From the IMG/VR virus record IMGVR_UViG_3300048593_000385: a stretch of 64,000 nt of DNA. One strand, 5' to 3'. Positions 18,029 through 26,904 of this stretch are shown piece by piece (position 1 is the first letter of the stretch; the number at the start of each line of letters is the position of its first letter). The position numbers were made by a program, and so were the translations under genes. This DNA is from a virus. Its lineage: Duplodnaviria > Heunggongvirae > Uroviricota > Caudoviricetes. Below the pieces are notes generated by a model. That model did no database searches. It was not told the DNA's origin and saw nothing but the letters and a program-made list of their open reading frames with translations.

Positions 18029-18606
18029 GCATTATTTTCAGAATCATAAACTTTTTTTCCGTGCTTATAAATTTGCTTTTTGGTCAGCACACCCTGCATG
18101 CGTGGATCCTTGATTCGGTCGTTAGCCTTTAAGGTTTCGTAACGCTTTTTGAGTTTCGGGAGCAGGAGATCATATACAGTCTGACAATCCATCTGCCAGA
18201 TCTCCATGCATTCTCCATTTTCCCATCGAGAATGGTAGTGATTTTTGTATGCCAAAATCTTTTGGTCAAGATATTCCAGTTGCTCTTCCCATGTAGGGAA
18301 GAACGAAATTCCGCCATACACTGCATCAAACTTTCCTTTATACACTGCATCTTCGCCAGGAGAGCAAGATTTAATCTCGGCAGGTCCATCGGCGTCGTAA
18401 GCATCTGCTCCACTCACAGAGTTGCTGATTGTAAATCCAAGAATATTGCAGACGACGATCTCTTGACTTCGACCTGGAACAAAGGGATTACCCCATTTAT
18501 TTTGTCGGCAGACTTTTTGCGAACCAGAGCTATAAAAGGCGAATTTTTCTTCAGGAGAATATTTTCCTAAGATAGCTTCGATTGCCAGTTTGTCCTGCTC
18601 AAGCAT
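18025..18606 (-). CDS. Hypothetical protein (Cys/Trp-rich)
   Basis: 193-aa ORF. No motif recognised. Confidence 0.5.
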   Translation of the reverse strand: MLEQDKLAIEAILGKYSPEEKFAFYSSGSQKVCRQNKWGNPFVPGRSQEIVVCNILGFTISNSVSGADAYDADGPAEIKSCSPGEDAVYKGKFDAVYGGISFFPTWEEQLEYLDQKILAYKNHYHSRWENGECMEIWQMDCQTVYDLLLPKLKKRYETLKANDRIKDPRMQGVLTKKQIYKHGKKVYDSENNA

Positions 18607-18608
18607 GG

Positions 18609-18809
18609 TTATGCTTCCACCAACATATGCTTTTCGATGTAATGGTCACGAAAATCTTCGTAGAGGTAGCCCTCTTCTTGGGCAACGATCAAACCATCAC
18701 CATTACAGATGGAACGTTCACCATGGCAATTTTCCATGATATACACCATATGCTGATCCTGGAGATCATAGGAGTTATCGTACATGTTATCAAATTCATC
18801 ATAAGTCAT
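18609..18809 (-). CDS. Hypothetical small acidic protein
   Basis: 66-aa ORF adjacent to the previous gene. Confidence 0.35.
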   Translation of the reverse strand: MTYDEFDNMYDNSYDLQDQHMVYIMENCHGERSICNGDGLIVAQEEGYLYEDFRDHYIEKHMLVEA

Positions 18810-18831
18810 AATTCATTTCCTTTTCTCATCT

Positions 18832-18839
18832 TATAAATA
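18832..18839 (+). promoter_or_regulatory. T4-type late promoter TATAAATA on plus strand
   Basis: Exact TATAAATA 69 nt upstream of the plus-strand small basic ORF. Confidence 0.4.
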
Positions 18840-18840
18840 C

Positions 18841-18869
18841 ACCATAACCTGTTTTTTAAAATAAAGCAA
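18841..18869 (-). promoter_or_regulatory. Early promoter cassette copy 5 (TTGCTT-17-TATGGT)
   Basis: Minus strand reads AATAACTCTTGCTTTATTTTAAAAAACAGGTTATGGTGTATTTATAAG. Confidence 0.5.
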
Positions 18870-18907
18870 GAGTTATTTTCTAAAAAATATGATTGGGAGA
18901 AAAAATT

Positions 18908-19057
18908 ATGGCTAAAAAATCTACTGCTGTCGGAAAAGAGATACATGTCCGCAGACCCAAGAAAACAGCTCAGGACATTCGGTATCCTAAGTTGAGTTCG
19001 ATGAACAAGCGCAAAAGAAGCAACTTCAAGAAATATCGCGGTCAGGGTCGCCCATAA
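18908..19057 (+). CDS. Small highly basic protein (49 aa), unannotated in ORF track
   Basis: Hand translation gives MAKKSTAVGKEIHVRRPKKTAQDIRYPKLSSMNKRKRSNFKKYRGQGRP. SD GGGAGAAAAAATT-ATG. It is the only plus-strand gene in a minus-strand block, with a late promoter upstream and a hairpin terminator downstream. Confidence 0.4.
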   Translation: MAKKSTAVGKEIHVRRPKKTAQDIRYPKLSSMNKRKRSNFKKYRGQGRP

Positions 19058-19061
19058 AAAA

Positions 19062-19078
19062 GGAGGCTCGAAGCCTCC
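19062..19078. terminator. Bidirectional hairpin terminator
   Basis: GGAGGCT-CGA-AGCCTCC, flanked by AAAAA on one side and TTAATT on the other. It separates the convergent genes 18908-19057 (+) and 19079-19363 (-). Confidence 0.5.
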
Positions 19079-19363
19079 TTAATTATTCACAACATTTTCT
19101 AGAATGGCAATAAACTCATCGATCTTTTTTCCTCGATGTGGCCAATAGATATACTCATTTTTGTCTGCATCTTTCTTAAGATTTAGCAGCAGAGGCATGA
19201 TCATTTTGTAGATCTTTTCGACCTTTACATTTGATGCTTCAGTTACCTCTTTGGTGACCTGCTGGACAACAGTCGTTTCTTTGATCTTGAAGTCTTGCTC
19301 GGAGACAGTGGTGAATCCAAAGTCGAACGACTCGTCGTCATACTCAAATGTTTGTTTGGTCAT
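19079..19363 (-). CDS. Hypothetical protein
   Basis: 94-aa ORF at the end of the sugar operon. Confidence 0.45.
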   Translation of the reverse strand: MTKQTFEYDDESFDFGFTTVSEQDFKIKETTVVQQVTKEVTEASNVKVEKIYKMIMPLLLNLKKDADKNEYIYWPHRGKKIDEFIAILENVVNN

Positions 19364-19844
19364 GGCTTTTACCTTTTAGAAAATAGTGTTCTTTTATATA
19401 GGCTATCGTTGTCTTCACGTCAACATGGACAATCGCTTCACCGCCAGCTTCAATGAAATCTTGACAATTGTTTGCTTGATCATCAATCAAAAGATAATTC
19501 TCTCGAGCAAATTGTTTCTTGATGCCTTTAGAGGGAACGATGATGGTCGGCAGGTCAATTCCGTTCTTGCGCAGAGCTTCAAGCTTCTGGTCAACAATTT
19601 CTTCAAATCTGGATGCACCACCAGCTGATGATAGAAAATTGACGTTTACATTTTCACAAAGAAACTCTATCAATTCATAAGCATATGGTAGAAGAGGCAG
19701 ATCCGCGAACCCACCAACGTCGATAAATGCAGGAAATCCTTCGTTCCACCATTTTTCTTTGTCATTTAGCTGGTCGCCGACCACACTATGAAAATCAAAG
19801 ACAACTCCATCAAGATCTAGAAAGACAAAATCAATCTGTTTCAT
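19344..19844 (-). CDS. gmhB: HAD-family phosphatase, likely D,D-heptose 1,7-bisphosphate phosphatase (GmhB-like)
   Basis: 166 aa. N-terminal FVFLDLDGVVFD matches the HAD motif I DxDGT/V. Context is GmhA and a GHMP kinase. Confidence 0.6.
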   Translation of the reverse strand: MKQIDFVFLDLDGVVFDFHSVVGDQLNDKEKWWNEGFPAFIDVGGFADLPLLPYAYELIEFLCENVNVNFLSSAGGASRFEEIVDQKLEALRKNGIDLPTIIVPSKGIKKQFARENYLLIDDQANNCQDFIEAGGEAIVHVDVKTTIAYIKEHYFLKGKSHDQTNI

Positions 19845-20443
19845 CAGTATTTAATATCCCTTGGATCTTTGTTAGAAGCCCAACGTCTCATCAGTTGAGC
19901 CATGAAATGCATAATGGCTTGGCTGGCATCTTCAATGATACCATAATTGTCAGAATCGATATGAATGACAATGTTAGCAAGTTGTTTCGCATCGCCACCA
20001 TCAAATCCAACAATGGCAATAGTTTCCATTCCCTTTTCTTCTGCCTTAGAAATCGCATTAAGAATGTTCGGGGAATTACCGCTGGAACTGATAGCGATCA
20101 GAACATCGGCAGCACCATCTTTGACCTGCCATTCAATTTGTTTTGAAAAGATTTCATTATATCCAATGTCGTTGGCAATGGCAGAGATGAGAGGGAAGTT
20201 GGACGCTAGAGATGTGATGTTCAACCACTGCCCTAGATCTGATTCCATAGCAACACCCTTCATACAGTCACAGGTCAGATGTTCCGCGATAGCTGCCGAA
20301 CCGCCATTACCACAGACATAAATGTTTCCTTTGGTAGCGTAAATCTTTCTGGTTGCTAGGTCAAGTTCTTTCAGATCAACAGTGCTCAATGCACGTGACA
20401 GTTCTGCTGCGTATGAATCTAGAGTATAATATGGTGTTGTCAT
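19844..20443 (-). CDS. gmhA: SIS-domain phosphoheptose isomerase (GmhA)
   Basis: 199 aa. GNGGSAAIAEHLTCDCMKG corresponds to the GmhA GNGGSAADAQHFAAEL motif, and the C-terminal SSSGNSPN matches the SIS motif. Confidence 0.8.
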   Translation of the reverse strand: MTTPYYTLDSYAAELSRALSTVDLKELDLATRKIYATKGNIYVCGNGGSAAIAEHLTCDCMKGVAMESDLGQWLNITSLASNFPLISAIANDIGYNEIFSKQIEWQVKDGAADVLIAISSSGNSPNILNAISKAEEKGMETIAIVGFDGGDAKQLANIVIHIDSDNYGIIEDASQAIMHFMAQLMRRWASNKDPRDIKY

Positions 20444-20445
20444 GT

Positions 20446-21390
20446 TTAATCCTTGTATACTACTCTTGCCCCGTCTAATGCGACAGCCACATCAAGACAG
20501 ACTCGATCAGAAAACTCATGCTTCAATTTGTTTTTGTTGTCAGTCAGAGCCAGCATATATCCACCTCCTCCTGCGCCAAGCAGCTTTGCCCCTGACGCAC
20601 CAGCCTTCAGGCATCGGTCATAAAGAGAATCAATCTCTGGGCTGCTGATTCCACCTTCCAGCTGTTTCTTAAACTTCCATGCTTCGTTGAGCAGTGGACC
20701 GTAGAGATCGTAGGTCGGAGAAAGGTCGGCATGCATATCCGCCATGTGTGACATTTCACGAATGAGGTATGTCTTTTGATCAAAATCAATTTTATTGAGA
20801 ATCTCTGCAGCATGGCGCTGAATGTTTGTCGGAATCAAAACCATGGAGCTATCGATGCCTTTAGGGTCGATTCTCTGGACCAACACCCGATCGCTGGCAA
20901 GATATTCAATATAATTCATGCCACCGAAGGCAGAGGCATACTGATCTTGCTTCCCGATTGCCCAGCCGCACATATCGATCTCAATGTTACATGCAGCTTC
21001 CGCTAACTCATATTCGCTATACCGTTTACCGTTAGGGAAATATTCAGCAAGAGCAGCCACCAGTGCACAGGCGAAAGCAGAAGAACCTGCCAACCCTGTG
21101 CCAACTGTAGGAATATCAGCGAACGTGGTGATCTCGATATTAGATTTGATACCGAAATATTTTAAGGCATTCTTGACAATTTCATTTTGAATGTCATCAA
21201 CAGCAGTCACCAATTCTTGTTTAGAATAGTTGATCTTGATGTGATTCTGAGGAGTTCTTCCTACTGCAACGTAGACATACTTGTCAATCGCAGTAGAGAT
21301 TGTTGATCCGCCCCAACGAAGGTAGTGGGCAGGAATATCCGACCCACCACCAAAGAAGGAAACTCGAAGAGGTGCCTTAGCAAGAATCAT
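20446..21390 (-). CDS. hddA: GHMP-family sugar kinase (D-glycero-D-manno-heptose 7-phosphate kinase, HddA-like)
   Basis: 314 aa. MILAKAPLRVSFFGGGSDIP at the N-terminus and the GHMP motif PTVGTGLAGSSAFACALVAAL. Confidence 0.75.
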   Translation of the reverse strand: MILAKAPLRVSFFGGGSDIPAHYLRWGGSTISTAIDKYVYVAVGRTPQNHIKINYSKQELVTAVDDIQNEIVKNALKYFGIKSNIEITTFADIPTVGTGLAGSSAFACALVAALAEYFPNGKRYSEYELAEAACNIEIDMCGWAIGKQDQYASAFGGMNYIEYLASDRVLVQRIDPKGIDSSMVLIPTNIQRHAAEILNKIDFDQKTYLIREMSHMADMHADLSPTYDLYGPLLNEAWKFKKQLEGGISSPEIDSLYDRCLKAGASGAKLLGAGGGGYMLALTDNKNKLKHEFSDRVCLDVAVALDGARVVYKD

Positions 21391-21392
21391 AA

Positions 21393-22421
21393 TTACGACT
21401 TGTAGATAAACTTGGGAGCAGGAACAGACAGATCCTTACCTTCGTATTCATTCAACAACGATTCGCAGAGCGCATTCCATTGACTACCAATCTTATCCCA
21501 GTTGTAGCGATAGTCGGCATAAGTCTTTTGGAACTGTAGATACGGCATCATATCATTGTCGCGCATCTTTTGGATTGTGTCATCCAGAACAGCATAGAAC
21601 ATATTCGCATGAACATTGACATCCTGATCCCAATGGTACTGAATGGTAATGCTACCCGAGGTATCGGTAAGACCAGCATAGTTCGGGTGAACACAGACAG
21701 CACCAGATGACATTGCCTCGATCAACGACTGGCTGTTGCATTCTGGCCAGATCGAAGGATAGGCAAAGATATGTGCCTTTGCGACAGTCTCACGAACTGT
21801 TTCGTTCGGAGCAAAGCCATGGTAGTTAATCTTAGGATGATTACGACACTTGTCAAACAGATCCTCGAACTGTTGATCAGCATTTTCCCAACCGTAGATC
21901 TTATAGCTTGAGAAAACGTCAAGCACGATATTGTCATACTTTTCGCATAGCTTCTCGAACACAGGAACAAGAATGTTCAGACCACGTTGAGGAGTGCTGG
22001 TGTAAACCAAACGAATTTCTTCTTTCGGATCACTCTTGTTGATTGGGCCAAAAGGAGTTGTCGCAGTATCAATGACACAGCTTTGCTGAGTGTGCGGAAT
22101 TCCCAAATGATTTTGGTACATGTTCATCTGCCACTGGCCACAGTAGACAATCTTGTGGAAACGGTTGCGACTGTTCTCGGCGGTCAAATGCTTGGTCTCG
22201 GGATCCCAAGGCAAATCGTGCAACCAATAGATACGGATGCGATCATCATGCAGCTCGCGCACACGCGAGGGGATAATCTGAAACTTTTCGTGGTACTCTG
22301 GCTTCAATCGAGCCAGAACACCTTCCATCATTCGCTCTGTCCCACCTTGAGACTTTGCGTTCAATTCATTACGTTCCCAAATACTACTCATTGTAATTTC
22401 CCATCGTAAGTTCGGAGCCAT
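21393..22421 (-). CDS. Putative glycosyltransferase (GT-B, family 1/4-like)
   Basis: 342 aa. The C-terminal half (IRLVYTSTPQRGLNILVPVF ... AYPSIWPECNSQSLIEAMSSGAVCV) resembles the GT1/GT4 nucleotide-sugar-binding domain. Confidence 0.45.
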   Translation of the reverse strand: MAPNLRWEITMSSIWERNELNAKSQGGTERMMEGVLARLKPEYHEKFQIIPSRVRELHDDRIRIYWLHDLPWDPETKHLTAENSRNRFHKIVYCGQWQMNMYQNHLGIPHTQQSCVIDTATTPFGPINKSDPKEEIRLVYTSTPQRGLNILVPVFEKLCEKYDNIVLDVFSSYKIYGWENADQQFEDLFDKCRNHPKINYHGFAPNETVRETVAKAHIFAYPSIWPECNSQSLIEAMSSGAVCVHPNYAGLTDTSGSITIQYHWDQDVNVHANMFYAVLDDTIQKMRDNDMMPYLQFQKTYADYRYNWDKIGSQWNALCESLLNEYEGKDLSVPAPKFIYKS

Positions 22422-23383
22422 GGTTGCCCAACAAGCATCTGGCTACTAATAGATTCAAAGTGTGAAGTGATGATGTCGGCGAGATCATACTTTGGACCTT
22501 CTGGCCACATCAACGACAATTTATATGGATCGCCAATCAGGAATCCAGGATCGCCTGGACGAACTTCCGCAATATCATATTCCAGAGGATATAGTTTTGC
22601 GAATGTAAGAGCAAGTTGCAGATTCGACACAGGTTTGCCACTGCAAACATTGAAGGTGTCGTATTCACGTTCAGGCTTATTATATAGTTGTTCTGCTGCA
22701 GCAACCAGAGCATCACACACATCAGCTACGTGGATATAATCTCTTACGCATGTTCCATCAAAGGTGTCGTATTCATTACCGTTGATGTAGAATGTGTCAT
22801 CAGTCAAAGATGCCTTTGACATTTTGGTAAGGATATGTGGTTGATTAGCAGCTTGGCCGATACCTTTGTATGCACCAGCAACATTGAAGAAGCGCATTGA
22901 GTATGCCTTGAGGCCATACGCTTCGCATGATTCTTTCAACATCATCTCACCAACCCACTTGGTTGAGCCATAGGGATTGATTGGACTTCCAGCCACAACT
23001 TCAGGCAAAGGATCAGGGCTGCGCATATCACCATATGTTGCAGCAGAGGATGCAAAGATAAATGCACCCTTCCAGTTTTCTCTAGCTAAATTGGACAGCA
23101 TATCGCACATACTACTAACGTTATTATCATAGTAGTATAGTGGTTTGGATACCGATGGCCCAAGCAAACTGTTAGCGCCAAGATGGAAGATTGCATCAAC
23201 GCCATCCAGATCGCCGTCAGAGGCAATTGTTGCATAATTATCAATAAAAAACTCATCAGTGTTCCAGTCGTAATTGTCACACTTTACGTCTACGCCAATG
23301 ACATAATAACCAGCTTCTTTCAGCTTTAGCTGGAGAACACGCCCGATGAACCCTGATGCTCCAGTAACAATCGCCTTCTTCAT
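22388..23383 (-). CDS. NAD-dependent nucleotide-sugar epimerase/dehydratase (SDR extended family)
   Basis: 331 aa. N-terminal Rossmann motif MKKAIVTGASGFIGRVL and the YxxxK catalytic pair further downstream. Confidence 0.8.
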   Translation of the reverse strand: MKKAIVTGASGFIGRVLQLKLKEAGYYVIGVDVKCDNYDWNTDEFFIDNYATIASDGDLDGVDAIFHLGANSLLGPSVSKPLYYYDNNVSSMCDMLSNLARENWKGAFIFASSAATYGDMRSPDPLPEVVAGSPINPYGSTKWVGEMMLKESCEAYGLKAYSMRFFNVAGAYKGIGQAANQPHILTKMSKASLTDDTFYINGNEYDTFDGTCVRDYIHVADVCDALVAAAEQLYNKPEREYDTFNVCSGKPVSNLQLALTFAKLYPLEYDIAEVRPGDPGFLIGDPYKLSLMWPEGPKYDLADIITSHFESISSQMLVGQPWLRTYDGKLQ

Positions 23384-23601
23384 GCTGCAGCCTGAATTTT
23401 GGTGATCACATCCTCATATGTATCGAACTGATCCAGAGATAAGGGAATTTCGCCTTCTTTTGCTAATATGATATATGCGGCGGCGCTATAAACGCCATGT
23501 GCCGGAATCTTTTTCACATCGATGATATGATTTACATTAATATAGTGTTCAAACTTGTCGCGATCTCTTACCCAAATAAACTTACTCATCGATTGCCTCA
23601 A
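23380..23601 (-). CDS. Hypothetical protein
   Basis: 73-aa ORF. A further 51-aa membrane ORF (MQPLTRWEYIRAVVAKWIVVNVASRISALAVLALCLEISEKYMEQIEAIDE) lies at about 23596-23751 on the minus strand. Confidence 0.4.
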   Translation of the reverse strand: MRQSMSKFIWVRDRDKFEHYINVNHIIDVKKIPAHGVYSAAAYIILAKEGEIPLSLDQFDTYEDVITKIQAAA

Positions 23602-23736
23602 TCTGTTCCATATATTTTTCTGAAATTTCTAAGCAGAGTGCCAACACCGCCAGCGCACTGATGCGACTGGCGACGTTGACTACAATCCACTTTGCTACAA
23701 CTGCTCGGATATATTCCCAACGAGTAAGCGGCTGCA

Positions 23737-24264
23737 TTATTCTACATCCTCAAAGACCATATAGCTCTTCACCGAATTGAGACGGAAGCTGCGCCATTCG
23801 TTCTTCTCTAGATCGAAGACAACAACCAGACCATCGGTATCCTTACGAGTCCGTTCAGTTTTCTTTTCAGGAGCAGTGTATTGCTCAGAGATAACCTGAG
23901 AGTTCTTGGTGCAGAGCATGGTGCGCTCGGTGCCATCAGCCTTGGTGAACACAACACTGAGAGTTGCACCTTCATCGAGAGCCTGTTCAATTTCACTCTT
24001 CTCGAACGATGCCTTCAGTTCCTGGAAACCACCAATGTGAGTCCAATTTTCTTTGAGTTTGTTAGTATCTTGGATCAGCCAAATCTGTGGAACAGACCGA
24101 GCTTCTGGGGCCATAGCAAACAAATCTTCACGGTCATAATCTACGTTCAGTGTAAGATAGTCAAACTTCATACCTTTGGAGGTCAGAAGTGCCTTAGCCT
24201 GTTCACAGAAAGGGCAATCATCTTTGCCGTAAATCACATAAATATTTTCCATAATCATTTCCAT
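23737..24264 (-). CDS. Glutaredoxin-domain protein (NrdC-like) with C-terminal extension
   Basis: 175 aa with an N-terminal CPFC active site in a glutaredoxin context (VIYGKDDCPFCEQAKALL). Confidence 0.6.
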   Translation of the reverse strand: MEMIMENIYVIYGKDDCPFCEQAKALLTSKGMKFDYLTLNVDYDREDLFAMAPEARSVPQIWLIQDTNKLKENWTHIGGFQELKASFEKSEIEQALDEGATLSVVFTKADGTERTMLCTKNSQVISEQYTAPEKKTERTRKDTDGLVVVFDLEKNEWRSFRLNSVKSYMVFEDVE

Positions 24265-24452
24265 TCTACATTGTTAATAATAATTTCGGAGTTGGGGTAA
24301 GTGCGCTTCAGATATGCCTGAACAGCAAAATCTGACTTCGCGTTGTTGAGGTGGATTGTGGGAGAACCTTGAAGCATCCGCCGATTGCTGATGCCATTCT
24401 TGTTCTCATAAAAGTCAACCATAAAGTTAGTCATATCAATCTCCTATTATTC

Positions 24453-24481
24453 ACTCTAACCTATTTCGGAAATTAAAGCAA
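24453..24481 (-). promoter_or_regulatory. Early promoter cassette copy 6 (TTGCTT-17-TAGAGT)
   Basis: Minus strand reads AAAGTCCTTGCTTTAATTTCCGAAATAGGTTAGAGTGAATAATAGGAGATTG. Confidence 0.5.
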
Positions 24482-25138
24482 GGACTTTTTATAGAGATTG
24501 ATGCGATCCATGGCTTTGTAGATCCAATCGTTTCGCTTTTCGACAAAGACAGAAGGTTTGGTTGACTCTTCGGTGCCGATCAGAATGACCAGCTGAGGAA
24601 CAGGAATTCCTGTAAGTTCCTCGAACATCACTGCATATATAGATGTCTGCAGAAAGTAGTCCTCAATCCATTCACGCTTCTTGACCTTGTTACTGGACTT
24701 ATAGTCAATGATTGAGGTCTTTCCTTGCCAATCAGCAACGAGATCGACTCGACCTGCGATACCAAGGAAGTTTGAATATAGAGGAGATTCAACACCTCTG
24801 ATATTGTTGACATTTTCCTGTATGACTGGTCGCAGCTGACTGAACAACTGCACAGGAACAGGCATTTCTTTTCGAAGATCATAGGGTTGGTTAAGGACTA
24901 GCTTCTCGCACAATAGGTGGAGAGCAGTTCCTCGATCAGCTGTTCTCTTGCTCTCTCGAGCAGCAGCCTCTTCGCCTAATCTTTCTTTCCATTTCTGGAG
25001 ATGAGATTGGTCTTTTGTTGCACCTAGAACAGTGGTGACGGAAGGATACACAATTCCCTCAGGAGTAGTGTAGAACCTTCCGTCTTCACGTGTTTCAGAT
25101 TCAAGTTCAGTAAAGTCTATAAGATTCAATTCAAACAT
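24473..25138 (-). CDS. PD-(D/E)xK family nuclease (Cas4/RecB-exonuclease-like)
   Basis: 221 aa. Motifs GRVDLVADWQGKTSIIDYKSS (D..E/D.K core) and the C-terminal QTSIYAVMFEEL. Confidence 0.5.
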   Translation of the reverse strand: MFELNLIDFTELESETREDGRFYTTPEGIVYPSVTTVLGATKDQSHLQKWKERLGEEAAARESKRTADRGTALHLLCEKLVLNQPYDLRKEMPVPVQLFSQLRPVIQENVNNIRGVESPLYSNFLGIAGRVDLVADWQGKTSIIDYKSSNKVKKREWIEDYFLQTSIYAVMFEELTGIPVPQLVILIGTEESTKPSVFVEKRNDWIYKAMDRINLYKKSLL

Positions 25139-25147
25139 AACAATGTT

Positions 25148-25176
25148 ACTATAACCTAGTTAGAGAAAAAAGTCAA
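25148..25176 (-). promoter_or_regulatory. Early promoter cassette copy 7 (TTGACT-17-TATAGT)
   Basis: Minus strand reads ATATCGCTTGACTTTTTTCTCTAACTAGGTTATAGTAACATTG. Confidence 0.5.
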
Positions 25177-25994
25177 GCGATATTTAACTCTGCGATGATA
25201 AATTCTTTGACGAATCCAGAACGAACGATATCCTGGATCTCAAACTCAATCTTGGAAACCGATGGAATTCTATCCATAATTTTCATGATTGATTTAAGAC
25301 CAGATTCTTCGCTGTATCTGGAGCTGGTTAGATCGTCCTGATTGACATCTCCGCAGATAACGATCTTAGAGTTATCTCCGACACGAGTCAATACAGTTTT
25401 TAATTCTTGGTAGGAAAGGTTTTGCGCTTCATCGATGATAATGATTGCATCATCAATCGTGGTACCGCGAAGGAACGATGTTGATTCAAATTCAACAATT
25501 CCCTTATTCTTTAGAACTTGGTATGCGTCGCCTCGATCAAACAACTTAGAACAGATCGAGGAGTAGGGTGTTTCATAGACTTCCATCTTTTGTTTTGCAG
25601 TTCCTGGTAAGAAACCGATGCCTTTGGAAGATTGTGCGCTTCGGATGATTACAACTTTTTGAAGTTTTGAATTATTGTTGGCCAATTCATCTAGAGCAAG
25701 GTAAAGGCTGATAAAGGTCTTTCCGCTTCCTGGGACTCCATGAAGCAATAGATTTTTACCTGTCGAGTATTCTCTAAATGTCTTTCGTTGATTTTCAGTT
25801 TTCGGTTTAATGTTTTCTAGCTGAAGAGGATTCGGTTGATGTAATTGGACAACGTTATTAGGTTTACCTCTTTGAGATTTTCTAGACATCTTTCTCTCTT
25901 TACGAGTCGGTCTATAATTGTTTTCTTCTGTAATATCAAAAGCAGTTTGAGACATAGGGATAAGCTCCATGTTAGGAACGGTTGATACGATCAA
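25173..25994 (-). CDS. phoH: PhoH-like ATPase
   Basis: 273 aa. Walker A LLHGVPGSGKTFISLYLA and Walker B IIIIDEAQN. This is the typical PhoH core common in marine phages. Confidence 0.9.
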   Translation of the reverse strand: MIVSTVPNMELIPMSQTAFDITEENNYRPTRKERKMSRKSQRGKPNNVVQLHQPNPLQLENIKPKTENQRKTFREYSTGKNLLLHGVPGSGKTFISLYLALDELANNNSKLQKVVIIRSAQSSKGIGFLPGTAKQKMEVYETPYSSICSKLFDRGDAYQVLKNKGIVEFESTSFLRGTTIDDAIIIIDEAQNLSYQELKTVLTRVGDNSKIVICGDVNQDDLTSSRYSEESGLKSIMKIMDRIPSVSKIEFEIQDIVRSGFVKEFIIAELNIA

Positions 25995-26022
25995 ATACCC
26001 ATAACAAAATGCTAAAATCTCT

Positions 26023-26337
26023 TTACATTGTAGTAGTGTTTATTCCGTGACGCTTTTGTGCTGCCTTGACAGCATCGCGTGTTTTGCTTGCTTTGATACC
26101 CTTGTCGCCGTACTTATCAGCCAGAGGTGATCCAGGATTTGCGCGAGCAATCCGTCCGAGCATGTCGTTCATGCCAGACTCGACCTTAACTCGGTCGCCT
26201 GTTCCGCCAATGACGTTTATTGAAAATACGGGATTAATGTGAGGATTGTCGGCAAGAAATTTCTTCATGTCATCATAGGACATGAGATTGGTCCACTGTT
26301 CTTCAGTTTCTGTATTGTAAAATTCGTAGAGCGGCAT
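26023..26337 (-). CDS. Hypothetical protein
   Basis: 104-aa ORF. Confidence 0.45.
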   Translation of the reverse strand: MPLYEFYNTETEEQWTNLMSYDDMKKFLADNPHINPVFSINVIGGTGDRVKVESGMNDMLGRIARANPGSPLADKYGDKGIKASKTRDAVKAAQKRHGINTTTM

Positions 26338-26354
26338 TAGTCCTCCATCATCTT

Positions 26355-26543
26355 TTATTTAGTAGTTTTGCGCCATTGAAACCCAAAACAAAGTTCTTGC
26401 ATTTTACGATGAAACCAGTTAGGTTCCATTCCTTTTCGAGCTCGGTATACGACAGCGCCATATTGACTCTTGCCATAATCACCCATTAACCAGCAAGACC
26501 AGTCAGAATATTCTGGCTCCAAATTGATTCTCATGTTTTCCAT
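26355..26543 (-). CDS. Hypothetical small protein (probable true start at the internal MENMRINLEPEY)
   Basis: The N-terminal 50 aa of the 112-aa track ORF look non-protein-like. The C-terminal 62 aa look genuine, and they overlap the stop of the upstream ORF by about 10 nt in another frame. Confidence 0.3.
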   Translation of the reverse strand: MENMRINLEPEYSDWSCWLMGDYGKSQYGAVVYRARKGMEPNWFHRKMQELCFGFQWRKTTK

Positions 26544-26550
26544 TTTAAAT

Positions 26551-26787
26551 TCACCATTCAGGTCCACTAGATTTCTCCGTCTTTTCATAAATTTGAAACC
26601 AGTCGACACCATATGCAGGGCAGATATGGATTCGTTCGGGAAGGTTGTTTTGATCCTTCTCGCCACCTTCACCACAGATGAAGTAAATTCCACCCATTTT
26701 TTCTGCTAGACCAGTATGTTTCACTAGCTTGTAGCAATGCCGAAGCATCGCTAGTTCGCCTTCATATGCTTCTAATTCTAGATTCAT
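26551..26787 (-). CDS. Hypothetical protein
   Basis: 78-aa ORF starting MNLELEAYEGELAMLRHCYKL. Confidence 0.4.
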   Translation of the reverse strand: MNLELEAYEGELAMLRHCYKLVKHTGLAEKMGGIYFICGEGGEKDQNNLPERIHICPAYGVDWFQIYEKTEKSSGPEW

Positions 26788-26904
26788 TTAGAGCTTTCTC
26801 TGCAATATTGGCGCAGGTGTATCCACGCCCATGTCCATGCGAATGACCAAATTCTTTGATTTTCTCAAGAGCCTTGATCAAAATCTCGAATCTTTCATTT
26901 TTGG

